A stretch of DNA of 64,000 nt, from the NCBI GenBank assembly GCA_002305115.1, contig DBQF01000001.1:373767-437766 (forward strand), written 5' to 3'. Positions 1-8,863 of the stretch are shown here, piece by piece; within the stretch, counting starts at the first letter, position 1; each line of letters starts with the position of its first letter. The translations under genes and the position numbers were made by a program. Under the pieces are notes generated by a model. That model did not search any database and had not been told where the DNA came from. It saw only the letters and a program-made list of their open reading frames with translations. Source of the DNA: a candidate division WWE3 bacterium UBA1401 (lineage in GTDB: Bacteria; Patescibacteriota; WWE3; UBA101185; UBA10185).

Positions 1-641
1 CGGCAGCCATTCCCAGGCTGTTTGTACCTATTATTCCGCTGCTCATCATCCCTATTGCGGGTTCAATAACTAGTTACTTTGACTCAGACAGGCGTATAGT
101 GACTTTGCCAATTTTGCTTCTGGGTATATATGTGGCTGCACAGATGATACTTAAGCTACAGTTCTTGATTGTACTTAGGTGGGCTTTTGCAGCGATGCTT
201 GTGATGCAGGTAGCCAGTATTGCCGCGTTGTACTACAAGAAGTTGCCTGTGTTCTTTGTGTTGCTTGTAGGATCTCTTGTACTGTGGAGTGGCGCCACTA
301 TCTGGATTCACAGGGATATGTACATAACTATAAAAAGTGCCAGTGTTTATGCTGCCAAGCATTTTTCGGGAAAGGTTGGGTATAACGATATTACTAGTAC
401 GGCTGAGTGGTATATGCTGACGGCGCCTAACGTTGAGGGTAGTTATTTTGATGATTTTTCAGACAGGTTGTGTGTAAGTTTGGAAGAGCAAGAGATTGGG
501 TATTTGCTTGTGACTAATGAGGATATGCTGGGGTTTGAGTTTGATAGTACAGAGTATGAGTGTTTGGAGGTGGTTGAGAAGTTTGAGGCAGTTGTTAATG
601 GCGGTGAGTTTTATACGCGGGTTTATAGGGTTGTAATTTAG
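1..641 (+). CDS. C-terminal part of a membrane protein (5' end outside window); probable paralog of the GT-C-like glycosyltransferases downstream
   Basis: The reading frame starting at nt 3 is open to the window edge, so the track start at GTG 99 is probably internal. The N-part is hydrophobic. The C-terminal tail ...EFYTRVYRVVI resembles the tails of ORFs 5872, 8850 and 30794 (LEYWRIYEK, TLYRVYERY, TLYKVL). Confidence 0.55.
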   Translation, partial: AAIPRLFVPIIPLLIIPIAGSITSYFDSDRRIVTLPILLLGIYVAAQMILKLQFLIVLRWAFAAMLVMQVASIAALYYKKLPVFFVLLVGSLVLWSGATIWIHRDMYITIKSASVYAAKHFSGKVGYNDITSTAEWYMLTAPNVEGSYFDDFSDRLCVSLEEQEIGYLLVTNEDMLGFEFDSTEYECLEVVEKFEAVVNGGEFYTRVYRVVI

Positions 642-740
642 CTTGCAGCTCGGCGCGCGGGTCTGCAGTGCTCGCAGATCTTCGATAGCAGCTGCGCGCT
701 GAGAGACCCCGTTGCCTCGCTTCTCAAGAGGCTCGTATAG

Positions 741-746
741 TATAAT
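741..746 (+). promoter_or_regulatory. -10-like TATAAT box 7 nt upstream of ATG 754 (possible leaderless start of the first glycosylation operon)
   Basis: Sequence reads gtaTAGTATAATtgataggATG. There is no room for a normally spaced Shine-Dalgarno. Confidence 0.4.
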
Positions 747-753
747 TGATAGG

Positions 754-1440
754 ATGAAGCTGTCTGTTGTAATACCTGTCTTTAACGAAAAGGACACACT
801 CTTAAAAATCCTCTCACAGGTTGAAGCTGTTGAAGGCATAGACAAGGAAATTATCTTGATAGATGACGCCTCTTCCGATGGTTCTCGTGAGATCTTGCAG
901 CAACTCCAGCAAGAAAAGCCATATTTGAAAGTCCTTTTCCACGAAAAGAACCAGGGTAAGGGTGCCAGCTTGCGGGATGGTTTTAGGGTTACAACCGGTG
1001 ATTATGTAATAGTGCAAGACGCTGATCTTGAGTACAACCCTCAGGATTACCACATTTTAATACGTGCGCTGCGTGAGAAAAACGCGGATGTAGTCTATGG
1101 CTCACGCTTTTCAGGTACTTATGAAGACATGTCTAACCTGCACTATGTCGGTAATAAACTTCTAACTCTGTTTACTAATATCTTTTTTGGGGTGATGCTA
1201 ACAGATATGGAAACATGTTATAAATTAATGCCTGGGAATTTTGTTAGAAACATAGACATAAAGTCTGCCAGGTTTAATTTTGAGCCCGAGATTACAGCAA
1301 AGATTAGAAAACACAACTTGAAAATTGTGGAAGTTCCTATATCTTATAAAGGCAGAAATTTTAGCGAAGGAAAGAAACTGACTTGGAAAGATGGAATTTC
1401 TGCTTTGCTGACTCTGATAAGATTTAGATTGTTCAACTAA
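754..1440 (+). CDS. GT2 (GT-A) glycosyltransferase, soluble polyprenyl-phosphate-sugar synthase-like (Dpm1/Ppm1/CsbB/GtrB type)
   Basis: The track ORF 712..1440 starts at TTG. ATG 754 gives MKLSVVIPVFNE, a typical GT2 N-terminus. Motifs DDASSDGS, QDADLEYNP (DxD) and VYGSRF are present, and no TM segments are visible. Confidence 0.85.
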   Translation: MKLSVVIPVFNEKDTLLKILSQVEAVEGIDKEIILIDDASSDGSREILQQLQQEKPYLKVLFHEKNQGKGASLRDGFRVTTGDYVIVQDADLEYNPQDYHILIRALREKNADVVYGSRFSGTYEDMSNLHYVGNKLLTLFTNIFFGVMLTDMETCYKLMPGNFVRNIDIKSARFNFEPEITAKIRKHNLKIVEVPISYKGRNFSEGKKLTWKDGISALLTLIRFRLFN

Positions 1441-3497
1441 TGAGATTTATTAAACAAAACATATTTCTTATAGCTCTTATTTTATTCTCTTTTGGTGTTT
1501 TAGCAGTAAACCTTAAAATCAACTTTTTCAGGTACAATAACTTTGACTTTGGGAAATTTGACTTGGGAAATATGACTCAGATGGTTTGGAACACGCTACA
1601 TGGTAGATTCTTGTACTTAACAGATTACTTTGGTACCAACCTTCCCAGATGGGCTATGAGCCATGTAGACCCGATTCTTGTCATGTTTGTGCCTATCTTT
1701 GCCCTAATTCCACATGCCATGACGCTGGTTGTTGCTCAGCTAGTATTGGTAATTTTTTCTTCCATTATTGTGTACAAAATTGCCTTACTTAAACTTGATT
1801 CTAAGTTTGCGGCTTTTTTGCTGGGGCTTGCATACTTGTTCTACCCAGCAGTTGGCTATCTTACGGCTTGGACTGGGTTTCACGGTGTAACTGTAGTGAT
1901 TCCATTCTTTTTGGGAGCTTTTTACGTTTTTGAAAAGATGTATAAAGAAAATAACTTCACCACTAAGGGTTTAGCTTTATTCTGGGGCTTACTTGCGCTC
2001 ACTATGATGGGTAAAGAACAGCTGCCTTTGTATGTACTTGTCTACGGTGTATTTGTTTGGTTGTTTAGAGGTAAGAAAAAGCTTGGGTTGTCTATGATGG
2101 CAGTTGGGTTTTTATGGTTTTTTGCAGCTTTTTTTATAATTATTCCTAAATATGCCCATTTACGTGCAAACGGCTATGCCCGCTTTGCTGAAAGTATTGG
2201 ATTAAATACTTCCCTAACCAACGACGTAGCTAAACCCAATTACTTTATTAGCAGGTATGAAGAGTTTGGAGACTCTTATGGGGAAGTAATGTTTGGCATG
2301 CTCACACACCCTGGTCAGGTTGTAAGAGTTTTTTTTGGAGGGGACAAACTTGATAACCTTGCCAAGACCTTTGTGCCTGTTGGGTTATTGCCCTTATTGT
2401 CTCCTACACTATTAGCTATCGCAATCCCAGACTTTTTAATTAATTATTTAACAACCGCCGGTGGAATTGGCACTTCAGAAATTGTTAATCATCGTGTTTC
2501 TATGATTGTACCTGTCATGTTTATTGCTACGATCTATGCTGTTTCATCTTTAGCTGCCTTAGCCAAAACAAAAAGATATTTCGCAATACTTGCCCTTTCC
2601 TTTGCGGTGCTTGGGTGCAATATTTATACTACCTTTGCCTATAACAACCCTATCTACTTATGGCTTACCCAGGCCATAGAGAAGCGGCTGCATATTAAGA
2701 TTGCTCATGCTAAATATGATACCGAAACTGCCTCTGTAAAAGATTTGGAAGTTGGCACTGTTGTGCGGCTTTCCCCATTAGAAAATAAAGACAGAGAATG
2801 TGCCGAGAAGGTTGTAAAAACAATTCCAAGTGATGCCTCTGTCTCCGGTCCGGACTATCTTGGTGCTCATCTGGCGCAGCGTGAAACATACGCGATCTTC
2901 CCCGCACTGTATAACGAAGCCGATTATGTCATTGTAGATGTATTTTCCAGGAAAATTCTAACGATTCTTGATGCTGACGTGAACCTGGTGCGTGATGTAG
3001 TGGGAGATATGGTTCGAAATGAGGATTACAAATTGGATATGGGCTGTGGCAATTTGTTTGTGTTTAAAAAAGTAGGCCCCCATGGTAAAGATAAGCTATT
3101 GCCTCTTCAGGAAAAGTTTGAATATGCTGAACAAGTAGATTTGGAAATATTCCAGGGTTTAACCGTAGTAGATTTTAAACTTCCCGAAAAAATTTCCAGG
3201 GGTGTTCCGGGTAAAGTTAATTTGGTTTATACCAAGCGCACAAGTACTTCTCTTGATGGTTACTTTCTATTTATGACTTTTGTTAACGAAACTACAGGTG
3301 AAATTTATCAAGTGGCCAACTTACCCTCGTTTGGTATAACGCAGCCCAGAGAATGGGATGAGAATCACTACTATATCGAACATCTTGAAGTGGCAGTTCC
3401 TAAATTTGTAGACCCAGGTACTTATAGGGCCTTTATCGGCATGTCTAATATCATTCGCACCAGAAGTTTGTATTTAGGAGATATAAAAGTTCTATGA
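1440..3497 (+). CDS. DUF2079-like polytopic membrane protein, putative GT-C glycosyltransferase with a soluble C-terminal domain
   Basis: 685 aa. The N-terminal part has many hydrophobic segments, with FDFGKFDLGNMTQMVWNTLHG after TM1 (DUF2079-like signature, recalled from memory). The last ~270 aa are hydrophilic. The start overlaps the upstream stop (TAATG). Confidence 0.7.
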   Translation: MRFIKQNIFLIALILFSFGVLAVNLKINFFRYNNFDFGKFDLGNMTQMVWNTLHGRFLYLTDYFGTNLPRWAMSHVDPILVMFVPIFALIPHAMTLVVAQLVLVIFSSIIVYKIALLKLDSKFAAFLLGLAYLFYPAVGYLTAWTGFHGVTVVIPFFLGAFYVFEKMYKENNFTTKGLALFWGLLALTMMGKEQLPLYVLVYGVFVWLFRGKKKLGLSMMAVGFLWFFAAFFIIIPKYAHLRANGYARFAESIGLNTSLTNDVAKPNYFISRYEEFGDSYGEVMFGMLTHPGQVVRVFFGGDKLDNLAKTFVPVGLLPLLSPTLLAIAIPDFLINYLTTAGGIGTSEIVNHRVSMIVPVMFIATIYAVSSLAALAKTKRYFAILALSFAVLGCNIYTTFAYNNPIYLWLTQAIEKRLHIKIAHAKYDTETASVKDLEVGTVVRLSPLENKDRECAEKVVKTIPSDASVSGPDYLGAHLAQRETYAIFPALYNEADYVIVDVFSRKILTILDADVNLVRDVVGDMVRNEDYKLDMGCGNLFVFKKVGPHGKDKLLPLQEKFEYAEQVDLEIFQGLTVVDFKLPEKISRGVPGKVNLVYTKRTSTSLDGYFLFMTFVNETTGEIYQVANLPSFGITQPREWDENHYYIEHLEVAVPKFVDPGTYRAFIGMSNIIRTRSLYLGDIKVL

Positions 3498-4969
3498 GCA
3501 GTTTAGTTAAGTGGCAGATAGTTAGCTTTGTTTCTCGCGGTATAGCAATGGCGCTAGGGCTGGTGCAAACCTTTGTGATTATCAGAATCTTGAGTGTGGG
3601 AGATTGGGGTATAGTGCAGCTTGCTATTTCTATAGGTGGCGCGTTTGGTATATATCAACACCTGGGGCTTGCTTCTGGTTCTACTAGAGAGATATCTTCG
3701 GCAAAAAGTGACACAGATATTTTTAAAATATTCTTAACCTCTGTTGCTATTCGCTACTTAGTTACCTTTCCCTTAGCGGCGTTCCTGTTTTTTTCTGCCA
3801 ACAACCTTGCACTTACAAAATATAATGATGCGGCATTAATCCTCCCCATCAAGCTATATGCGGGAGTACTGGTTTTGCAGGGTGTACAAAGTATCTTGAA
3901 TTCGGTAATTTCCGGCACTAAACGGTTTAGGCAGTTGTTTATTTATCAAGCTGCCATTGCGGTAGTAAGTGTGGTGCTTTTTATTCCTTTTGTTTACTTT
4001 TACGGCATTAACGGTTATTTTTATGCATTCTTTGCTTTCAACTTAGTATCTTCTTTAACACTGGCGTATCTTGCGTTTAAGCCTCTTAAGGGCAAATTAG
4101 TTATGCCTACCAAGAGTGATTTTAAACTGTTGCTAAAAGATCTTTTATCCATTAGTCTGGCCATTTACGCCATTAAAATCTTATACACTTGGTGGGAAAA
4201 ATCCGGCCCGCTGCTCTTAGGTTTGTTTATTTCTAAAGAGATGGTAGCATTTTTTGCTTTCGCCCTTTTGTATGCCAAAAAGTTTATGCTGGTTTCCGAT
4301 TCTGTTACGGCAGTAAACCTGCCTGTATTGTCTGACAAGTATGCGAATGATATTCGGGAATTTAAAGCCTTATTCCTGGAAAACTTTAATAAAGTTTATA
4401 CCGTAATTCTTTTGGTTTCCGCTGTAGCAATTTTTTGGGCTCCTGAAGTTGTTGCCATTATGGTAGGCAGCTCTAAGTATGATACCGCGCTACCGCTAAT
4501 CTTTCCCCTAGGCTTTGCCTTTGTCTTTTACGCCCTTATAAATGTTGTCACCTCTAGTATTTTAATTCCTGCTAAACTGGTGAAACACATGCTCCTAAGT
4601 TATGCTCTTTTGCTTGGTGCCACGGTGGGAGCTTATTTTGTAGGCGCCACTTTTGCTGAGACACTTTCTGCCATGGCGTACGCGATGCTTGCCGGCGGCT
4701 TTGCAGCTTTAGCTTACATGGCTGTTGCTACAAGTAAGGTCTTGAAGTTTAGTTTTCTGAGGATGCCGCACTTTGTGTTAGGGTTAACAGCTGCCTTTAT
4801 TGCTTTTGTGCCTGTGGGATCCAACTTGTTAGTTAAGACAGGCTCATTCATAATATTATTGGCAGTTTTTTTAGCAGAAATTCTCAGGTTCAGTTTTTTT
4901 GAAAAAGCCGACCTTATGTACGTCGTGTCAAAGCTAAAAAGTTTGAGAGGTAGATATGAAAAAGCATAG
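3494..4969 (+). CDS. Wzx-type oligosaccharide/polysaccharide flippase (MOP superfamily)
   Basis: 491 aa and highly hydrophobic throughout. The N-terminus ...SRGIAMALGLVQTFVIIRILSVGDWG is typical of the polysaccharide-biosynthesis-protein family. There is an ATGA overlap with the upstream gene. Confidence 0.8.
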   Translation: MSSLVKWQIVSFVSRGIAMALGLVQTFVIIRILSVGDWGIVQLAISIGGAFGIYQHLGLASGSTREISSAKSDTDIFKIFLTSVAIRYLVTFPLAAFLFFSANNLALTKYNDAALILPIKLYAGVLVLQGVQSILNSVISGTKRFRQLFIYQAAIAVVSVVLFIPFVYFYGINGYFYAFFAFNLVSSLTLAYLAFKPLKGKLVMPTKSDFKLLLKDLLSISLAIYAIKILYTWWEKSGPLLLGLFISKEMVAFFAFALLYAKKFMLVSDSVTAVNLPVLSDKYANDIREFKALFLENFNKVYTVILLVSAVAIFWAPEVVAIMVGSSKYDTALPLIFPLGFAFVFYALINVVTSSILIPAKLVKHMLLSYALLLGATVGAYFVGATFAETLSAMAYAMLAGGFAALAYMAVATSKVLKFSFLRMPHFVLGLTAAFIAFVPVGSNLLVKTGSFIILLAVFLAEILRFSFFEKADLMYVVSKLKSLRGRYEKA

Positions 4970-5894
4970 AAAAGCTATTATCAAGATAGTAGTTAGCGTT
5001 TCGTTAATTGTTTTTTTATTATCCAAAGTTGGTATCGCGAACCTTATTGCTAATTTGCGAATGGTAGATTTGCGCTATGCTCCTTTGATAGTTGGTTTAA
5101 TCATTGTGCACTATGTTATTGGAGGTTTTAGATGGAAAAAATTTTTAATATACGATAACTGTGAGCACGTTTCTGTTAGATATCTAATAAATCTATATTT
5201 TATAGGTTCCTTTTTTAATAATTTTATGCCCACAAGTGTTGGGGGAGATGCTGTGAAATTTTATAAACTGGGGCGGAGGATTGGCAGCAAAACCAATGCA
5301 TTTACTGCCACCTTTATGGAAAGGTTTACCGGTGTAGTAGCTTTAGTGCTTGTTTCCTACTATGGTCTGATAAAAACTTTGGATTTTTGGGTTAATTTAT
5401 TGCCTGCCTCTATTAGTGTTCAACCGGTTTTGGTAACTTTGTTCAAGCTATTCCTATTTCTTGGATTTTGGATTGGCATGGTGGCAGCTTTTCTAGTACT
5501 TAAGTTTGCTTCGAAGAAAATAGGTTTTCTAAACAAAATCTATAGTTCACTTATGGTTTATAGAGGCAGAAAAGATATTTTAATATATGCTTTAGTAACG
5601 TCTTTTCTTATCCAACTGTTGGCAATTTTTACCCAATACTTTTCATTTATCGCTTTAGGTATAACTGTTCCGCTTGACTATGCCTTTTTTGTGTTGCCTG
5701 TTATAACACTAGCGGGATTTTTTATACCTTCTCTCAATGGATTAGGTGTACAAGATGCTTTATATATACAATTTTTTGGAATTATCGGTATAGCTCCAGA
5801 GCTTGCGCTAAGTGCGTCTATTGTTTATCACCTGTTTAGATTGGTTGTAAGTCTGATTGGTGGGGTTTTATATGCCTTGGGCAAAGCTGATTAG
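4956..5894 (+). CDS. LPG_synthase_TM / 'flippase-like domain' membrane protein
   Basis: 312 aa polytopic protein. The motif FFNNFMPTSVGGDAVKFYKL is characteristic of this family. It overlaps the upstream gene by 14 nt. Confidence 0.75.
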   Translation: MKKHRKAIIKIVVSVSLIVFLLSKVGIANLIANLRMVDLRYAPLIVGLIIVHYVIGGFRWKKFLIYDNCEHVSVRYLINLYFIGSFFNNFMPTSVGGDAVKFYKLGRRIGSKTNAFTATFMERFTGVVALVLVSYYGLIKTLDFWVNLLPASISVQPVLVTLFKLFLFLGFWIGMVAAFLVLKFASKKIGFLNKIYSSLMVYRGRKDILIYALVTSFLIQLLAIFTQYFSFIALGITVPLDYAFFVLPVITLAGFFIPSLNGLGVQDALYIQFFGIIGIAPELALSASIVYHLFRLVVSLIGGVLYALGKAD

Positions 5895-7410
5895 GTTTGG
5901 CAAAACAAAACACCTTTGGGCTTTAGTAGTTTTTGTGGCTATTTTCCTTGCAGTACGTGTGCCCGGCCTTAGTAGTGATGCTATAAATCCTGATGGAGTT
6001 AATTGGCACTATAGGTCCGAGCAGTTTGTAGTAGGGCTAAAGACTGGTGATTTTGCAAAAACTTATCAGCATTATCATCCGGGTGTTACGTTGATGTGGG
6101 TTGTGGGGTCTATTGTAGAAGTTATAAAGCAATTAAACCCTGCTGATGCTGTTTATACTCACGAGAATTTTACGACCTTTCATTTTTACTCAAAGTTGGG
6201 GCTTATTTTTGTGCAGCTTGTACTCACTTTAGTTTTGCTCAATTTACTAACAAAAGTATTCGGGTTTACAAAAGCTCTACTGGCAGTCATTTTGGTGAGT
6301 TTAGAACCCTTTTTTTTAGGTAATTCCAGATTATTGCATATGGATGTTTTGTTGGCACTTTTTTTGGCTAATGGATTGCTTTTTGCTTATTTTGCTGCCA
6401 AAAAGTTTTCTTGGGCTAATGCTATTTGTGCCGGCACATTTCTTGCACTGGCATTTTTGACCAAAAGTATTGCTGTTGGAGCTATACTTTTTGCTTTGGG
6501 TGCTGGTACATTTTTTGTGTGGCGCCAATCTCGTCAGCTTGTTTCTGTACTTAGATACTTTGGTGTAGTTTTCATATCTTTTTTGATAGTTATGGTGTTA
6601 CTTTTTCCGGCTTTATGGGTAGACTTTTTTGGCACTCTCATCAATATTTTTGATGAAGCTGAGCGCATTGGCGTTCGAAAAGGTCATGGTCAGTATATAT
6701 TTGGTGAGTATACAAGGGATGCGGGAATCTTGTTTTATCCATTAGTCTTACTCATGAAAGTTTCTCCGGTTACCTTAATTGGGATTTTCTTGTTTGGTTT
6801 TTTTGCCTTGCGCAGCTTCAAGCTTAACTGGCAGTCTGTCTTAAGCTTTTTGGGCGTGTTTTATGCAGGTTACTTTTTGGTAATGATATTTCCCAGTAAA
6901 AAGCTTGATAGATATATGGTTCCCATGTTTCCGTTCATGTGTCTTCTTGCTGTCTTGGGTTATAGTAAGGTGGTAGAAGCTTTTCCGCAGTATAAAAAAC
7001 TAGTAGTTGCGCTACTAGGTGCGTTGATAGTTTATCCACTTCTAGCTTTTTTCCCTTATTATTTTACTTATACCAGTCCGGTTTTTGGGACTGCTTCAGC
7101 AGCCCACAAAGTCATTGCCCAGAAGCCTTTTGGAATAGGTGTGTATGAACTGAAAAATAGAATTTTTGAGAAGTATGGCCCTTACCCTAGATTAGGTTTT
7201 TTTGATGTTAAGCCCATGCGTGCCATTTATATGAATTCCAGGATTTTTGACATTAGAGTAAACGGCATAAGTGATTACGACCTAATTATCTTAGGCCCCA
7301 ATGAGGAGATGCCTGAAAATGTACTTGATAGTTCTACCCAGTTCATTCTTTCAGATACAGTCTTTATCAATGGTCTAGAATACTGGAGGATTTATGAAAA
7401 GACACATTAA
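5872..7410 (+). CDS. GT-C-type polytopic membrane glycosyltransferase (ArnT/PMT-like), paralog of 8850..10457
   Basis: The track ORF starts at TTG 5857; ATG 5872 (MPWAKLIRFGK...) is more likely. An acidic loop NPDGVNW follows TM1. Blocks YQHYHPGVTLMW, LTKS and SKKLDRYMVP are shared with 8850..10457. The C-terminal domain is soluble. Confidence 0.75.
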   Translation: MPWAKLIRFGKTKHLWALVVFVAIFLAVRVPGLSSDAINPDGVNWHYRSEQFVVGLKTGDFAKTYQHYHPGVTLMWVVGSIVEVIKQLNPADAVYTHENFTTFHFYSKLGLIFVQLVLTLVLLNLLTKVFGFTKALLAVILVSLEPFFLGNSRLLHMDVLLALFLANGLLFAYFAAKKFSWANAICAGTFLALAFLTKSIAVGAILFALGAGTFFVWRQSRQLVSVLRYFGVVFISFLIVMVLLFPALWVDFFGTLINIFDEAERIGVRKGHGQYIFGEYTRDAGILFYPLVLLMKVSPVTLIGIFLFGFFALRSFKLNWQSVLSFLGVFYAGYFLVMIFPSKKLDRYMVPMFPFMCLLAVLGYSKVVEAFPQYKKLVVALLGALIVYPLLAFFPYYFTYTSPVFGTASAAHKVIAQKPFGIGVYELKNRIFEKYGPYPRLGFFDVKPMRAIYMNSRIFDIRVNGISDYDLIILGPNEEMPENVLDSSTQFILSDTVFINGLEYWRIYEKTH

Positions 7411-8863
7411 GCTTTTACTTTTAATCTTTGGATTGGCTTTGCTTTTACGCTTGTTAGGTATAACCCATGGATTTCCTTTTATTTTTCACCCAGATGAACC
7501 CGCAGTTGTTAGAGAAGCTTTAGCCTTACGGTTCAACAAGAACCCTGGCCACTTTGATTGGCCCCATTTTTTTATCTATTTAAATTACTTTTTGTATATG
7601 CTTTTTGGAAAATTACGGACATTCGCAGAAATGTTAGGGCTAAAGGGTGTGTTACCGGGTATTATTTGGGATGATAATCTTATTTTTTATCTGCTTTCCC
7701 GAGTTTTTGCTGCTACTTTGGGTGCCGCCACTGTTTTTCCCATTTATTTGATCGGAAAAAAACTGTTTACTGAGAAGGCTGGTTTTCTTGCGGCGTTGGT
7801 GTTGTCACTGGTACCTTTTCATGCATGGCATTCGCACTATGCCTTAATTGATGTGCCCATGGTTTTCTGGCTTTCCTGGTCTTTATACTTTTCTGCTAAG
7901 CTTTATTTTGAATCTAAACCTGTTAATTACGTATTAGCTGGGTTGTTTGCGGGGTTTGCTGCTTCTACCAAATATCATGGAGCGTTTGCCTTGCTTGCGG
8001 TTATATTTGCTCATGTGCTTAGAATACAAAATTCCCGTGATGAGAAATTAATAAGTTTTAAAGGCTTACATCTGTTAGGTTTGTCAGGCATGTTTTCCCT
8101 TGTGGGATTTGCCGCGACAACCCCCTTTTCAGTTTTTGATTTTGAAACATTTGTTCGAACAGATGGCCCCAAGGGTGCTTTGTGGCAATTTACCAACGTG
8201 GGAAAAGTTTCTCTCACAACTCAGTTTTGTCAATTAGTTTCAAACTTTCTGCATAAATTCCCAAATGATTTGAGTATTACTTTTCTAGTGGTTTATGCTG
8301 CTTCTGTTATTAAGGTTATCAAAGATAGGAAGCTTAATGTATGGGTGTTGTTGGCGCTACCTTCGCTGCTTTTGTTTTTTTATATTTCCGGCTTTGAAAA
8401 AGATAGATCGCACTATTTCATGGTAGCTTATCCCTTTTTTGTGGTGCTTGTAGGAGCTATGATAGCAGTTTTGTTAACAAAGTTTCATCGGTATGCACCG
8501 CTAGTGGCAACGTTAGTTTTTGCTCTGCCTTTATATTTATGTATCAGAAATGCCTATATTTTCATGCAGACTGATACCAGGGTAATACTTTATGACATGC
8601 TGAAAGATACACCAACAGGTAGTATTATTGTTTATGACGGCGGAGATCTAACGGAGGTTATGACCATTTTTCCAGACGAAACAGTTACTCGGTATAGGAC
8701 TGATAAGGTTATAGACTTTCCGGCCAACCAGACTCATTATTTTATTCAATCTGCTGATGATAAGAGTACGTCGGCTACTGTCTTTGACAATGCTGTTATA
8801 AAGGCCACTATTCCTAACAAGTTGCGTCGTGGACCCTCTATAACTATTTTTGAAATTCTTTAG
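7394..8863 (+). CDS. GT39/GT83-like (ArnT/PMT_2-type) phospholipid-carrier-dependent glycosyltransferase
   Basis: 489 aa. LRLLGITHGFPFIFHPDEPAVV (a DE motif in the first loop) is typical of the PMT_2 family. The protein is polytopic with a soluble C-terminus. Confidence 0.8.
   Translation: MKRHIKLLLLIFGLALLLRLLGITHGFPFIFHPDEPAVVREALALRFNKNPGHFDWPHFFIYLNYFLYMLFGKLRTFAEMLGLKGVLPGIIWDDNLIFYLLSRVFAATLGAATVFPIYLIGKKLFTEKAGFLAALVLSLVPFHAWHSHYALIDVPMVFWLSWSLYFSAKLYFESKPVNYVLAGLFAGFAASTKYHGAFALLAVIFAHVLRIQNSRDEKLISFKGLHLLGLSGMFSLVGFAATTPFSVFDFETFVRTDGPKGALWQFTNVGKVSLTTQFCQLVSNFLHKFPNDLSITFLVVYAASVIKVIKDRKLNVWVLLALPSLLLFFYISGFEKDRSHYFMVAYPFFVVLVGAMIAVLLTKFHRYAPLVATLVFALPLYLCIRNAYIFMQTDTRVILYDMLKDTPTGSIIVYDGGDLTEVMTIFPDETVTRYRTDKVIDFPANQTHYFIQSADDKSTSATVFDNAVIKATIPNKLRRGPSITIFEIL

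Noticed and set aside
712-753. TTG start at 712 for the GT2 gene (also TTG 5857, TTG 30779, ATG 18357, 47205, 53157 and 57526 for other genes)
   Set aside because: The N-terminal extensions are not family-like and overlap upstream genes or promoters. Internal ATGs give canonical N-termini (MKLSVVIPVF, MPRYNTACIV, MDFHQPVL and so on). Starts remain predictions.
156-845. Track ORFs 156..362(-), 179..385(+) and 459..845(-), overlapping the first membrane-protein ORF and the GT2 start
   Set aside because: They are short, lie out of frame or antisense to ORFs with clear protein-like features, and have no recognisable motifs. 459..845(-) would span the GC-rich spacer and the promoter.
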